Virus record (IMG/VR): IMGVR_UViG_3300014572_000006
Source: a virus
DNA length: 53,124 nucleotides
Direction: 5' to 3' (one strand)
In this document: positions 41,212 through 50,206 of the stretch, one piece after another
Layout of the letters: every line of letters begins with the position of its first letter
How positions within the stretch are numbered: position 1 is the stretch's first letter
Made by a program: the position numbers and the translations under genes
Notes under the pieces: model-generated
Told to the model about the DNA's origin: nothing
What the model saw: the letters and a program-made list of their open reading frames with translations, nothing else
Database searches by the model: none

Positions 41212-42288
41212 TCACGCGCTCAGGGTGGCCCGCAGTACGCCCTTGACTTTGACGGTGTGGACCGCGCCCTCAAGCTGCGCCTCCCAGGTGATGTCCGGCA
41301 TTTGCCGGGCGCGGGCCTCTTCGTCGGTGGCCTGGGACCGCTTGGGGACTACAACGGTAAAGACGCCCTGCTCGCTCTCCGGGTCCAGGGCGATAATGCC
41401 CAGGTCGGTAGCGCGGTTCAGGGCGGAGAACACACCGGCAGCGACCAGGGCAAAGCCCGCGTCGGTGTAGCCAATGGTGGGGTTCTCCAGGAAGATGTCG
41501 TAGAGGTTTTCCCTCATGTTCTTGGCGATGTAGTCAGCGCCCATCTGGACGTCGATAAATTCGCCGTCGGCGCACACGCCGTTCTTCACATACTCCCGCT
41601 TGTACTCGACGGTCAGGAAGTTCACGTTGGCCTCTTCCAGAGCGTCGCGCTCGGCGTTGGTGAGGTCCGGGACGGTGAGGCCCTGGGGCCGCTTGAACTT
41701 CCACGTTACGCTCTCAGGATAGAACGGACCCACGTTGCCCACATAGGCGGCGTCGGGGTATTCCTCATCCTGGTCCCCGTAGATGACGATGGACCGGCGG
41801 TTGGTGACGGCAAGGCTCTTGTTCTGAGTGCGCCCAAAGTAGAGCTTGCGGTGGTCTTCCTCGCCCGCGCCCAGCTCCGCTTCGGTAGGCTCGGTAGCCT
41901 CGGCCCAGGCGCAGAGGGCTTTCACGGCCTCATCGCCGTCCTGGTCGGTCAGCAGGATATACCAATCATCATCGGTCTCCCGCAGGGTCTCCACGGCCTG
42001 CACCAGAACAGATGCCTTTTCGGTCTCACCGCTCCCGGAGGGGGCAGCGATACCGGCGATTTTCACTTTGCGGATAAGGGTCTCCGCAAGGGTGGTCTTG
42101 CCCTGCTCAAACAGGGCTTCGGCCATAGCAGCGACCTTTTTCCCGGTGAACGCCTCCTTGATGACGTCCAGATCGCGGTAGACGGCCACGTCCTTAGCGC
42201 CCTCGGTGGACAGCAGCAGAATGTCCAGGTTCTCCGTTCCGCTGGGCTTGGCGTCGATATTCACGACCACAACAACGTCTTTCGGCAT
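41212..42288 (-). CDS. Tail sheath protein (DUF3383-like)
   Basis: About 358 aa, upstream of the tube gene. ATG at 42288, 8 nt after AAAGGAG; the track start at 42297 is a GTG. Confidence 0.6.
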   Translation of the reverse strand: MPKDVVVVVNIDAKPSGTENLDILLLSTEGAKDVAVYRDLDVIKEAFTGKKVAAMAEALFEQGKTTLAETLIRKVKIAGIAAPSGSGETEKASVLVQAVETLRETDDDWYILLTDQDGDEAVKALCAWAEATEPTEAELGAGEEDHRKLYFGRTQNKSLAVTNRRSIVIYGDQDEEYPDAAYVGNVGPFYPESVTWKFKRPQGLTVPDLTNAERDALEEANVNFLTVEYKREYVKNGVCADGEFIDVQMGADYIAKNMRENLYDIFLENPTIGYTDAGFALVAAGVFSALNRATDLGIIALDPESEQGVFTVVVPKRSQATDEEARARQMPDITWEAQLEGAVHTVKVKGVLRATLSA

Positions 42289-42293
42289 TAAAA

Positions 42294-42836
42294 TCACTCC
42301 TTTACGTTTCCTTTGATTGTGGGTTTCTCAAGTTTGCTGACGGCCGCCGCGTCGGTCCGGGTGTACCGGAGCCGGACATCGAAACCGAACCGGCGGCCCA
42401 TTTCGTCAAGCTCCAGGGCGTCCCGGCTGGTGGCGTTGGTGACATCAACAACGACGAAACCGGCCCCCGCTATGGCGTCTCTCCCGGTATGCAGGAAAAA
42501 GCCCTGGGCCAGCGTTGCCAGCTCCAGGGCCTCATCTGCACCCAGGACTTGCACCTGGGAGCCTTTATCGTCGTAGCAGCGGTTCACGCTGCAAGCAGTA
42601 AATGACAGGGTGGCGGTGGGCTGCTCTTCCCGGACCTCCACCAGATCGTCTTGCGTCGCACCCTCACCCAGCGAGTAGTTGCCCAGGCCGCCGTCCGGGA
42701 TGTAGTCTGCGGTCACTGAGTAGACGATGAACGGGGGTTCTGCCTCCGGCTGGACCTGGGAGGCCAGCAGGACCGGGACGCCCACGGCCTTATGAAGCGC
42801 GGATATGAGGGCATTCCGCTTCGTGACGAAACTCAC
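42294..42836 (-). CDS. Neck / tail-terminator-type protein (hypothetical)
   Basis: 180-aa ORF between the head-completion genes and the sheath gene; called by position only. Confidence 0.35.
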   Translation of the reverse strand: MSFVTKRNALISALHKAVGVPVLLASQVQPEAEPPFIVYSVTADYIPDGGLGNYSLGEGATQDDLVEVREEQPTATLSFTACSVNRCYDDKGSQVQVLGADEALELATLAQGFFLHTGRDAIAGAGFVVVDVTNATSRDALELDEMGRRFGFDVRLRYTRTDAAAVSKLEKPTIKGNVKE

Positions 42837-43222
42837 GCCCCACCGCCCCCTTTCGGCGCCGCGCCGGTTCTGGCCTCTACCAGATACCGCTTCATCGGGT
42901 GGATGCTGTTGTGGCCCAGCTCCTGGGTCACGGTGTAGGTGTTTCCGCTGTCAGGGTCATAGACCTGTGCTCCCACCTGGAGCGCATGGCCGTTGGTATA
43001 GATTTTCTCGCTCAGATCGGACACGGTGCCGGTGATTTCACGCCGTAGGTCCTTGTCGCTCACAGGGAGGACCGCGCCCTCAAAGGGGACGCGAACAGGC
43101 TCACCGGCTACCCACTGGCCGCCCTTGTCCTGGTCGTAGTGGCCTCCCGCCTGGACCTCGTACATGGTATGCAGCAGGCCGCCCGGTATCATGGGCTGCG
43201 CCATTTTGAACGGGACGCCCAT
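42833..43222 (-). CDS. Head-tail joining protein (hypothetical)
   Basis: 129-aa ORF; called by position only. Confidence 0.35.
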   Translation of the reverse strand: MGVPFKMAQPMIPGGLLHTMYEVQAGGHYDQDKGGQWVAGEPVRVPFEGAVLPVSDKDLRREITGTVSDLSEKIYTNGHALQVGAQVYDPDSGNTYTVTQELGHNSIHPMKRYLVEARTGAAPKGGGGA

Positions 43223-43863
43223 TATTCCTCAACCTCCCACGTGATCGAATTTCGGAGCCGTCCGGTCACCATGAGAGGGCTGTCCGCATAGGACGGATAG
43301 CGCTCCCTCTGGATTTTTCCTTTCGGCTCAAAGTTGCTCGCGTCGCTCATAAACTGCTGGATAAGGCCCACGGCCTGCCCGCCTATCCACGATATGGCCC
43401 CGTCCGCCGTCTGCTGACCTTGCCAGATGCGGGCAACCTCATTCTGGACGATTTCGGCCAGCTTGTTCTTGTTGTGGTCGAAGCCCGCTCGGATGAAGCT
43501 GCGCTCCGGTATGGTGACGGAGGGCAGCAGCAGGAACAGGAACTTGAGGTTATTCGGATTATCCTTATCCCTCCGTCCCTTTTTGGCTACGACGCCGAAC
43601 AGGTAGCCGTCCCTGGACCGGATAAAGAAGAGGTCCTGGAAGTCCCTGGGGCTTTTGTCGTAGCTGTCCTTGTGGATAGGTATGCAGAGGTTCCGGGTGG
43701 CCTTGGGCGTGATGGTGGCCCCGTACTCATGGACACGGGCAATCATCAGAAGCTCGCTGTCGGCGTTGCCCTGGATGCCTATTTTTATCCGGGTGCCGTT
43801 CAGCTTCTCCAGCTCGGCCTTAACCCGCCGCAGATGCGGCAGTACATTGTCACGGACTTGCAT
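43222..43863 (-). CDS. HK97 gp10-like / virion morphogenesis-type neck protein
   Basis: VTIPERSFIRAGFD and VTGRLRNSITWEV resemble gp10-family motifs. Confidence 0.45.
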   Translation of the reverse strand: MQVRDNVLPHLRRVKAELEKLNGTRIKIGIQGNADSELLMIARVHEYGATITPKATRNLCIPIHKDSYDKSPRDFQDLFFIRSRDGYLFGVVAKKGRRDKDNPNNLKFLFLLLPSVTIPERSFIRAGFDHNKNKLAEIVQNEVARIWQGQQTADGAISWIGGQAVGLIQQFMSDASNFEPKGKIQRERYPSYADSPLMVTGRLRNSITWEVEE

Positions 43864-43867
43864 AGGC

Positions 43868-44521
43868 TCACCACCTCATGTAGTGGGCCAGGGTCTCCAT
43901 CCAGGAGACGCGGGGTTCCTTGTCAAAGGTCCACGACACGTCGGAGATGGAGAAAGCCGCAAGGCCCTGAGCGCCGTTCCGCAGGATGGAGAACTCCTGT
44001 TCCGCGATGCCCCACACAATCGCCACGATGTCCTCCGGCAGATCGGACGGCTCATCCTCGGTCGCGTCCTTGGGCAGCACATACCCGGCGGTGAACTTCA
44101 CTTCCAGGTAGCGCCTGGGGGCCGTGTAGTCGTTTGCAAGGCCGCCGATGTAGCCACGGAATACCCATCCCTCATCGCGGTACAGTACGCCCACGTCTCC
44201 GGTCATGGTAAAGTCGTAGCTGCTGGGGTCTATGCTCACGCCGTGCTCGGTGTCCCGGACGTACTCAACCACCCGTATGGGGTACTGAGTGAGCACAAGT
44301 TCCTGAGTGCCGGGGGCAACGTACCTGTGGGTGTAGGTGGCCTTGCCGAACTTCCGCCCGGTGATGGTCTCAATCCAGGCAGACGCCGAATTGATAAGCC
44401 GGATGATGTTGTTCTTTACGGCGGTGTCCGCCGCCTCCGGTGGGATGCCCAGGCGCTCCATCGTGTCCTCAAGAGTAGTCATGGCGTTTGCGGCCAGTTT
44501 TACAGTCGGTTCATTTGCCAC
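43868..44521 (-). CDS. gp6-like head-tail connector protein
   Basis: IIRLINSASAWIETITGRKFGKATYTHRY matches the connector N-terminal pattern. Confidence 0.55.
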   Translation of the reverse strand: MANEPTVKLAANAMTTLEDTMERLGIPPEAADTAVKNNIIRLINSASAWIETITGRKFGKATYTHRYVAPGTQELVLTQYPIRVVEYVRDTEHGVSIDPSSYDFTMTGDVGVLYRDEGWVFRGYIGGLANDYTAPRRYLEVKFTAGYVLPKDATEDEPSDLPEDIVAIVWGIAEQEFSILRNGAQGLAAFSISDVSWTFDKEPRVSWMETLAHYMRW

Positions 44522-44555
44522 GGTGTCGCCTCCATTCTCAGGGGGGAGGCGCGGG

Positions 44556-44678
44556 CTACTCGCCCGCGTCCTCTTTTTTGCCGTCGTTCTTGGGAGCGGT
44601 CGCTTTTTTCTCCTTGGGGCCTGCTTCCCGCTTGTTCTCGGCGGGTTTCACGGTCTCGGGGGGATAGTGTCTTGCCAT
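44556..44678 (-). CDS. Possible 40-aa Lys-rich peptide
   Basis: My own translation: MARHYPPETVKPAENKREAGPKEKKATAPKNDGKKEDAGE. A GGAGG RBS is present. Confidence 0.25.
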   Translation of the reverse strand: MARHYPPETVKPAENKREAGPKEKKATAPKNDGKKEDAGE

Positions 44679-44714
44679 AGTGAAAACCTCCTTGTAGGGC
44701 CTCTCAGGGCCAAA

Positions 44715-45131
44715 TTAGACGGGGACCTCGGAAGCGTCACCCAGGGCCAGGGCAGCAGTAGCCTCACACTCCGGGCTGGTGCCGCCGGAGCAGGTAATCT
44801 CCACCTTGACCTTGACGTACTGCTTGAGACCCACCAGGTCCAGGTCGAAGTTTACCAGCTCGCCGCCTGCGGCGTCGGTGGTGACGGAGATCGCGCCCGC
44901 ATCGTCCAGGGGCGCGTTGCCCACACAGACCAGCTTATCCTTGACGGGCGCATAGCCGGTGCCGCTCTGGTCGCTCTCGGTGATGGTCAGCTTCACGGCC
45001 ATACCCGTAGGGGAGCCGGAGGGGGAGCCGACCTTGACGGCCAGGATGCCGGAGAGGAAGCCCTCGCGGTTGATGGCGTCCTCGCTGGTGTACGGGGTCA
45101 CTTTGACACTCTGAATAAGTGCGCGTTTCAT
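44715..45131 (-). CDS. Hypothetical head protein (decoration-protein candidate)
   Basis: 138-aa beta-rich ORF directly after the major capsid gene. Confidence 0.35.
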   Translation of the reverse strand: MKRALIQSVKVTPYTSEDAINREGFLSGILAVKVGSPSGSPTGMAVKLTITESDQSGTGYAPVKDKLVCVGNAPLDDAGAISVTTDAAGGELVNFDLDLVGLKQYVKVKVEITCSGGTSPECEATAALALGDASEVPV

Positions 45132-45161
45132 AGCTGAAATTCCTCCTTGTTGAAATTATAG

Positions 45162-45184
45162 GGCCGGGGCGGTATGCCCCGGCC
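45162..45184 (-). terminator. GC hairpin after the major capsid gene (attenuator or weak terminator)
   Basis: GGCCGGGGC-atacc-GCCCCGGCC, a perfect 9-bp stem. The downstream T-tract is weak. Confidence 0.45.
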
Positions 45185-45189
45185 TCCGA

Positions 45190-46758
45190 TTAAAACGCCT
45201 TGATGTTCTTGACGTGCAGGAAGCTCTCCTTGTGACGGGCAGCGATGTCCACGTACATGAGGGCGCGGGTGGCAGCCAGGTTCTCTTCAAAGGCGTTGTG
45301 CTGGTTGCCCTCTTCATCGACCCAGGAGCCGTCCAGGGTGGTGTAGGTCTCAAGGCCCATCTGCTCGCCCACCAGGAGGTCCGCCCAGTTGCCAAAGGCC
45401 AGCTCAGTGAGGCCGCTGGTGTCGGTGGTGATCTGGTTGGACACGCGATAGGGGAAGCCCAGCAGCTTGCCGGTGTTCATCTCATCGCGGTAGATGTACG
45501 CGCCGGTGGTGGTCTTGAGGTTCATCAGGTAGCCCTCCAGGACGGAGTTGAACGCCCAGCCGAGCTTGTTATCGTCCACGTTCTTTGCCAGGACCTTAGA
45601 GCGGACGAACACGGGGAAGTCGGCAGTAATCTTGCCGTTGCTGTCGGCCAGGTCGTTGTTGCTCAGGCTCTTGGCGTCCACGTGCTCAACCTCCTTGTCG
45701 GTGAACACGCCGAGGGGCTGGAACTCGCCGCCCTTGCCGAACATAGCGCCGAAGTCAAGGCCCAGCTCCATGCGCCGGGTCAGGTCGTTGGCGAAGAGCT
45801 GATCGGCGGAGTAGTTGGTGCTCATCAGCAGCTCGCGGGTCTGAGGCACGATAGCCTCCAGGCGCTTTGCGGACAGACGGATGTTGCCGTAGGTGGGCTG
45901 GGTCTTCGCAATCTTGCGAGCCTCACCGCCCCAGGTAGCGCGGGCGCCGCCGGTCATCTTGGGGATGTTCAGGTTGCCGTTGGCCATGGGGACTTTCTGA
46001 GCGCCCAGCTCAAAGATGACGGTCTTGGAGTACAGCAGCTCGATGATCTGGTCCAGGTAGATTTCGGGGATGAGGTAGCCGCCGGCAGCAGGGTTGGTGG
46101 CAGACAGGGCCTTGAACTCGCGGGCCATGTCCGCATCGTCATACTTCCGCTGCGCGTAGAAAGAGGCGGCGTCGGGGTCATGCTTACCGAACACGTCCAG
46201 GCACTTGATAGCGCGGGCGAGCTGGATAGCAGGCGGGACGGACTTCTTGGCGGTGCTGGTTGGGGTGGTACGGCTCATGTAAATGGAGCTGTACTTCCGC
46301 TGGACGGGGGAGGCCGCGCTCTTGCGGGCGCTTTTGGTCTGGTGCTTGCGGGCGGCGGCCTTGCGCCCCTTGGCCTCATCAGTCACTTCCTCATCCTCCT
46401 TGACCTCTTCCTCAACGCCGTCATCCTCCTTGGCCTCGCCCTCGGTGGCGTCGATAATCTCACCGACGGCCTCCATGACTTCCTCGGCGGTGACGTCGCC
46501 CAGCTCTTCGCCGGCCTCCTTGCGGCTCTTGCGCTTCTCAGCGACAACGGCCATAGCGTCCTCAATCAGACCGGAGATGTCAGCGGGGGCAACCTCGGCA
46601 ACAGCGTCCTCGGTCCCCTCTTCGCCCTCGGCCTTGGCCTCGGCCTGCTCATCCAGGGCCTCCTTGACGCAAGCCTTGATTTTCTCGGTCAGCTCATCGG
46701 CCTCCATCTTCATAGACTTGCGGCCAGCGGGTGCAGTTCCTTTCTTGGGAATAGCCAT
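45190..46758 (-). CDS. Major capsid protein, HK97 fold, with a long charged N-terminal (delta/scaffold-like) region
   Basis: GGYLIPEIYLDQIIELLYSKTVIFELGAQKVPMANGNLNIPK...LSAKRLEAIVPQTRELL, typical of HK97-family capsid proteins. Confidence 0.9.
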   Translation of the reverse strand: MAIPKKGTAPAGRKSMKMEADELTEKIKACVKEALDEQAEAKAEGEEGTEDAVAEVAPADISGLIEDAMAVVAEKRKSRKEAGEELGDVTAEEVMEAVGEIIDATEGEAKEDDGVEEEVKEDEEVTDEAKGRKAAARKHQTKSARKSAASPVQRKYSSIYMSRTTPTSTAKKSVPPAIQLARAIKCLDVFGKHDPDAASFYAQRKYDDADMAREFKALSATNPAAGGYLIPEIYLDQIIELLYSKTVIFELGAQKVPMANGNLNIPKMTGGARATWGGEARKIAKTQPTYGNIRLSAKRLEAIVPQTRELLMSTNYSADQLFANDLTRRMELGLDFGAMFGKGGEFQPLGVFTDKEVEHVDAKSLSNNDLADSNGKITADFPVFVRSKVLAKNVDDNKLGWAFNSVLEGYLMNLKTTTGAYIYRDEMNTGKLLGFPYRVSNQITTDTSGLTELAFGNWADLLVGEQMGLETYTTLDGSWVDEEGNQHNAFEENLAATRALMYVDIAARHKESFLHVKNIKAF

Positions 46759-46772
46759 TTGTAATTTCCTCC

Positions 46773-47762
46773 TTATAGCAGAATTTCATAGGTGATGCCG
46801 GTAGTCGGCGCGGACTTCTCGGCTCTGGTGTTGGCGGTACGGGAGATGGATTTCTCGGTGTCGCTTGCCTCTCGGATGATGCCGTCAAGGACCTTGGTAG
46901 CGGCTTTCATGGACGCGCTCGCGTCCTTGAGGGCCTTTAGCCGGGTCCCGCTGATTTTCCGACCGGCCTTGACTTCGGCGGTGGCCGCCTCCAAAAAGGC
47001 GTCCAGGAAACCGGCGGCGTCGGTGGCCTGCTTGTAGTCGGTGATCGTCGCCTCCGGGTTCATGGCCCAGGTAACAACGGAGACCTCCCACAGCTTGACT
47101 TCCCGCAGATGCCGGATGCCGTTTTCGTCGTAGTCAAAGACGATGGGGTCATATCCGATGGACAGCTCAGTGAGAACTCCATCTTTCAGCAGCACTTTGA
47201 TGTCGCGTCCCATCGAAGTGTCGCTGATTTTGGCCTTAATGAAAAGGCCGTTGCTGTCTTCCCTCAGCTCCAAAGGTCTGCCAATGGGGAGCCAGCAGTC
47301 GTTGTGCAGGGCGAGTATCTTCACCCTCTCCCAGCCCTCGGCGATTGTCTTCGTGAAGGCACCAGGCTCAATTATGTCCCCGCCGCTGTCGATGTTGCCA
47401 TAGACGGCGGCGTAGCCACTAAAGATGCCGCTCTCTTCGTCGTACTCTTCGGTACGGAAAGACAGCGTTTTGTGCTCCGTCTTGGAGCTTTTCACTTTCA
47501 CCCCTCTACGGAGCGAAGCCTCCCACGCTTTCAGACCCCGCCCGGAGGCATAGTAAAACGGCGAGACCCGCAGATGTGCCGCTGCGAGCTTCGCCGTCAT
47601 AACGGGGTCATCGTTGGTAATATTCGTGTCCGGGCTTGCGGTGCCGTGTTCAAGCTCCGCATTCATCCCGGCTGTCAGGGCTTTCAGGTCGAACCGCTCT
47701 TTCTCCAGGTCGATACCCGCAGATCGGGCGGCCTCCTGAGCCTGCATCTCGGTAAATTCCAT
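46773..47762 (-). CDS. HK97-family prohead serine protease (S78) with N- and C-terminal extensions
   Basis: GIFSGYAAVYGNIDSGGDIIEPGAFTKT...LALHND...ELSIGYDPI...LWEVSVVTWAMNPEA. Confidence 0.9.
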   Translation of the reverse strand: MEFTEMQAQEAARSAGIDLEKERFDLKALTAGMNAELEHGTASPDTNITNDDPVMTAKLAAAHLRVSPFYYASGRGLKAWEASLRRGVKVKSSKTEHKTLSFRTEEYDEESGIFSGYAAVYGNIDSGGDIIEPGAFTKTIAEGWERVKILALHNDCWLPIGRPLELREDSNGLFIKAKISDTSMGRDIKVLLKDGVLTELSIGYDPIVFDYDENGIRHLREVKLWEVSVVTWAMNPEATITDYKQATDAAGFLDAFLEAATAEVKAGRKISGTRLKALKDASASMKAATKVLDGIIREASDTEKSISRTANTRAEKSAPTTGITYEILL

Positions 47763-47774
47763 CAGGCGTCCTCC

Positions 47775-50012
47775 TTATTTGTCGAATGTCAGGAAACAGT
47801 GACAGTTCACGACCTCGGCGGGGTCCGTGCAATCAGGGTCACAGGGACGCATGAGGCCGTTTGAGAATTTGGCGTCAATGGGGACCCGCTCACCGTTCAG
47901 GCGCTTGTGGGAGGGTCTGGCGGCGCTCATGTTGGCAACGTGCCAGGTCTTCCAGGCGGCCCCGGCCTTTCGCATCATGTCGTAGTGGCCGGTCAGGAGT
48001 GAGGTATTGCACTCTTGGGTAGCGATGGTACGCGCCCTGGATGCCGTGGTCTGCATCTCCTGTTCAATCTGCTTGGCGATGGCGGCCCGGCTGTCTCCGT
48101 GCTCCAGGCCAGCGGAGACGATACGGGCGATAGACTGCTGGGTGGTCTCTGTGATGCCTTTGACCCGGACGCCGCCCCGCAGCTTCGCCGTGCTGATAAG
48201 CTCCGGCCTCTGGACCGCCTGGAGGTTGTAGAGCTTGGCAGACACCCCAGCGCCCTTGTCGTAGCTCTCTTTCCACAGCGGCTCAAAGATATTCAGCAAG
48301 GCCGTTTCCTCCTTGGGCCAGTCGATGAGGCCCAGGGTAAAGGCGCTCACAATGCGGGTGCGGTCCGCCTCGCTCAAAGAGGACCACGCCGCCGCGCTCT
48401 GCTCCGCCGCGTCCTCGCTGTTTGGGTCATAGCCAGGGATGGCCCCCATGAGAATGTCCCAAACGCTCCGCTCATCCTTGGTGGTGCCGCCCATGGCGTC
48501 ACTCACCCGGCGGCCCTGCTCCCGCAGATACTTGAGGGTTGCAATCTCAAAGCGCTGGGTCTGCTCCCTCTCAGCTTGCAGCAGGGCGCGTTGTGCGGCC
48601 TGCACCTGGAGGTTTTTCCGTTCTTCCGGGGACGTACCCTTGGAGGACACGATTTCTATGCCCTCTGTGCCGTCTCCCGTCCCCTCTGAGCCGTTTTCGG
48701 CGTCCAGGGGTATTCCGTTATCTGTTATCTCAATGTCCTGCTCTCCGCCCGTCTCAAGCGGTGGTGCGCTCTCTGCATACTGGAGGTTGGCCGCCGCCGT
48801 GGAGATCGCCACAGGGTCATCGTCTTCCCGGATGTAGACGTCGGAGAACTGCGTCTTGTAGACATCGCCGCCCACCAGGGCCGGAGGCATACCCAGCTTC
48901 TCGCGGGCCTCATCCTTGGTGAGTAGGCCGGCATTCCAGCCGTCGATGCCCAGGGCCTTGTCAAACTCCTGGTTCCGGGGGATGATGTCATCGAAGCGCC
49001 ACACCAGGTCGTTTCCGAAATACGGGATGATCTGGTTGTTGATGGCCTCTTCCCGGCGGCGTAGGTTGGGCATGAGGACGTTTTGGGCATAGATGAACTG
49101 AGCCGCCTCCGACGTGGCCCGGTTGCTGCTCTCCGTGATACCCATAATCTCACGGGGGACGCCGAAGTGCTCAAGGACGGCATTCCGCAGGAATGTACGC
49201 CCGTTCACCATGTCCATGTCTTTCATGCTTTCTCCGACCTTGTTCACCGTGACCTCGCCGTTGACAGTAGCGACGCCGTGGCTCTGGAACACTCCCCGGA
49301 AGCGCTCAAGCCATTCAGACCGGAAGCGCTGTCGCTGCTCCGGGGTGGACTTGGGCATACCGATGATGAGGTTCGGCGTGGCGTCGTTGAAGAAAAAGCG
49401 CTTTTGGAACTTGGCCGCGTATTCGTCGGTCTCAATCTCATCTGCCAGGGCCTCAGCTTGCCCCAGGCCGCGCTTGAACGGGTCTATCGGGTTCAGGTCT
49501 TTCATCACGAACATATCATCTACGGACACGTTCATCAGCAGACCGTTGGTGAGCCGGACGGTGTAGTACGGGTGGTCCAGGTACGGGGTCATCTGTACCC
49601 AATGGACAGGGACCGGCCACAGCTCCACAGGGACGCCCAGGGGCGATTTCTCCATGATGAAGTACCCCTCTCCCTTGAGCTTGAGGTAAATCTCCAGGAG
49701 CCGCCACAGGGCCGCGTTGCTCATCTCATGCAGCGGGTTTGGGTTCGCCCAAAAGTCCAGGAACGGGTGATGAGTAAGCTCCTGTTCGTCTCCGTTCTCA
49801 TCCACCCGGTAGAGCTTGCCCTCTGCAAAAGACAGATCGGAGGCGATGCGCTCCACGACGGACAGGCGGGGGTTGGTGTGAAACGCGTCTATCCACTCCT
49901 GAGTGTTGCGCTCCGGCGGGTTGGTCCACCTGGGCAGCATAACGCTGTCGCTCCGGTAGGTCTGGCTTGCCCTCCCCGCACCACCCCCTCTAAATCGGTT
50001 CCAGAATGGCAC
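47775..50012 (-). CDS. Portal protein fused to a C-terminal MuF / SPP1 gp7-like minor head domain
   Basis: HK97-type portal in the N-terminal ~400 aa. The C-terminus ...ARPSHKRLNGERVPIDAKF...VVNCHCFLTF matches the MuF motif. GTG start. Confidence 0.85.
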   Translation of the reverse strand: MPFWNRFRGGGAGRASQTYRSDSVMLPRWTNPPERNTQEWIDAFHTNPRLSVVERIASDLSFAEGKLYRVDENGDEQELTHHPFLDFWANPNPLHEMSNAALWRLLEIYLKLKGEGYFIMEKSPLGVPVELWPVPVHWVQMTPYLDHPYYTVRLTNGLLMNVSVDDMFVMKDLNPIDPFKRGLGQAEALADEIETDEYAAKFQKRFFFNDATPNLIIGMPKSTPEQRQRFRSEWLERFRGVFQSHGVATVNGEVTVNKVGESMKDMDMVNGRTFLRNAVLEHFGVPREIMGITESSNRATSEAAQFIYAQNVLMPNLRRREEAINNQIIPYFGNDLVWRFDDIIPRNQEFDKALGIDGWNAGLLTKDEAREKLGMPPALVGGDVYKTQFSDVYIREDDDPVAISTAAANLQYAESAPPLETGGEQDIEITDNGIPLDAENGSEGTGDGTEGIEIVSSKGTSPEERKNLQVQAAQRALLQAEREQTQRFEIATLKYLREQGRRVSDAMGGTTKDERSVWDILMGAIPGYDPNSEDAAEQSAAAWSSLSEADRTRIVSAFTLGLIDWPKEETALLNIFEPLWKESYDKGAGVSAKLYNLQAVQRPELISTAKLRGGVRVKGITETTQQSIARIVSAGLEHGDSRAAIAKQIEQEMQTTASRARTIATQECNTSLLTGHYDMMRKAGAAWKTWHVANMSAARPSHKRLNGERVPIDAKFSNGLMRPCDPDCTDPAEVVNCHCFLTFDK

Positions 50013-50014
50013 GG

Positions 50015-50206
50015 TTATTCGCCTCCCTCGCGCTTCGGCTTTTTACCGAGCACCTGGGAGACAGCGGGGTTTTTGGGGCCGCCGGTCATCTTCTGCCAGC
50101 GGCGCCGGGCCTCTGCCGCCGTATTTGCCCGGATGTACTTCATCGGCCAGCCGTCAGCCGATACAAGGTAACTGCATTTCGCTTTCATGGTGTCCTCCTT
50201 AGTCAA
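50015..50206 (-). CDS. Hypothetical small protein
   Basis: 63-aa ORF between terL and the portal gene. Confidence 0.4.
   Translation of the reverse strand: MTKEDTMKAKCSYLVSADGWPMKYIRANTAAEARRRWQKMTGGPKNPAVSQVLGKKPKREGGE

Noticed and set aside
47775-48500. The MuF-like domain as the carrier of a polymorphic toxin.
   Set aside because: The ORF ends right after the MuF signature (NCHCFLTFDK). There is no additional C-terminal domain.
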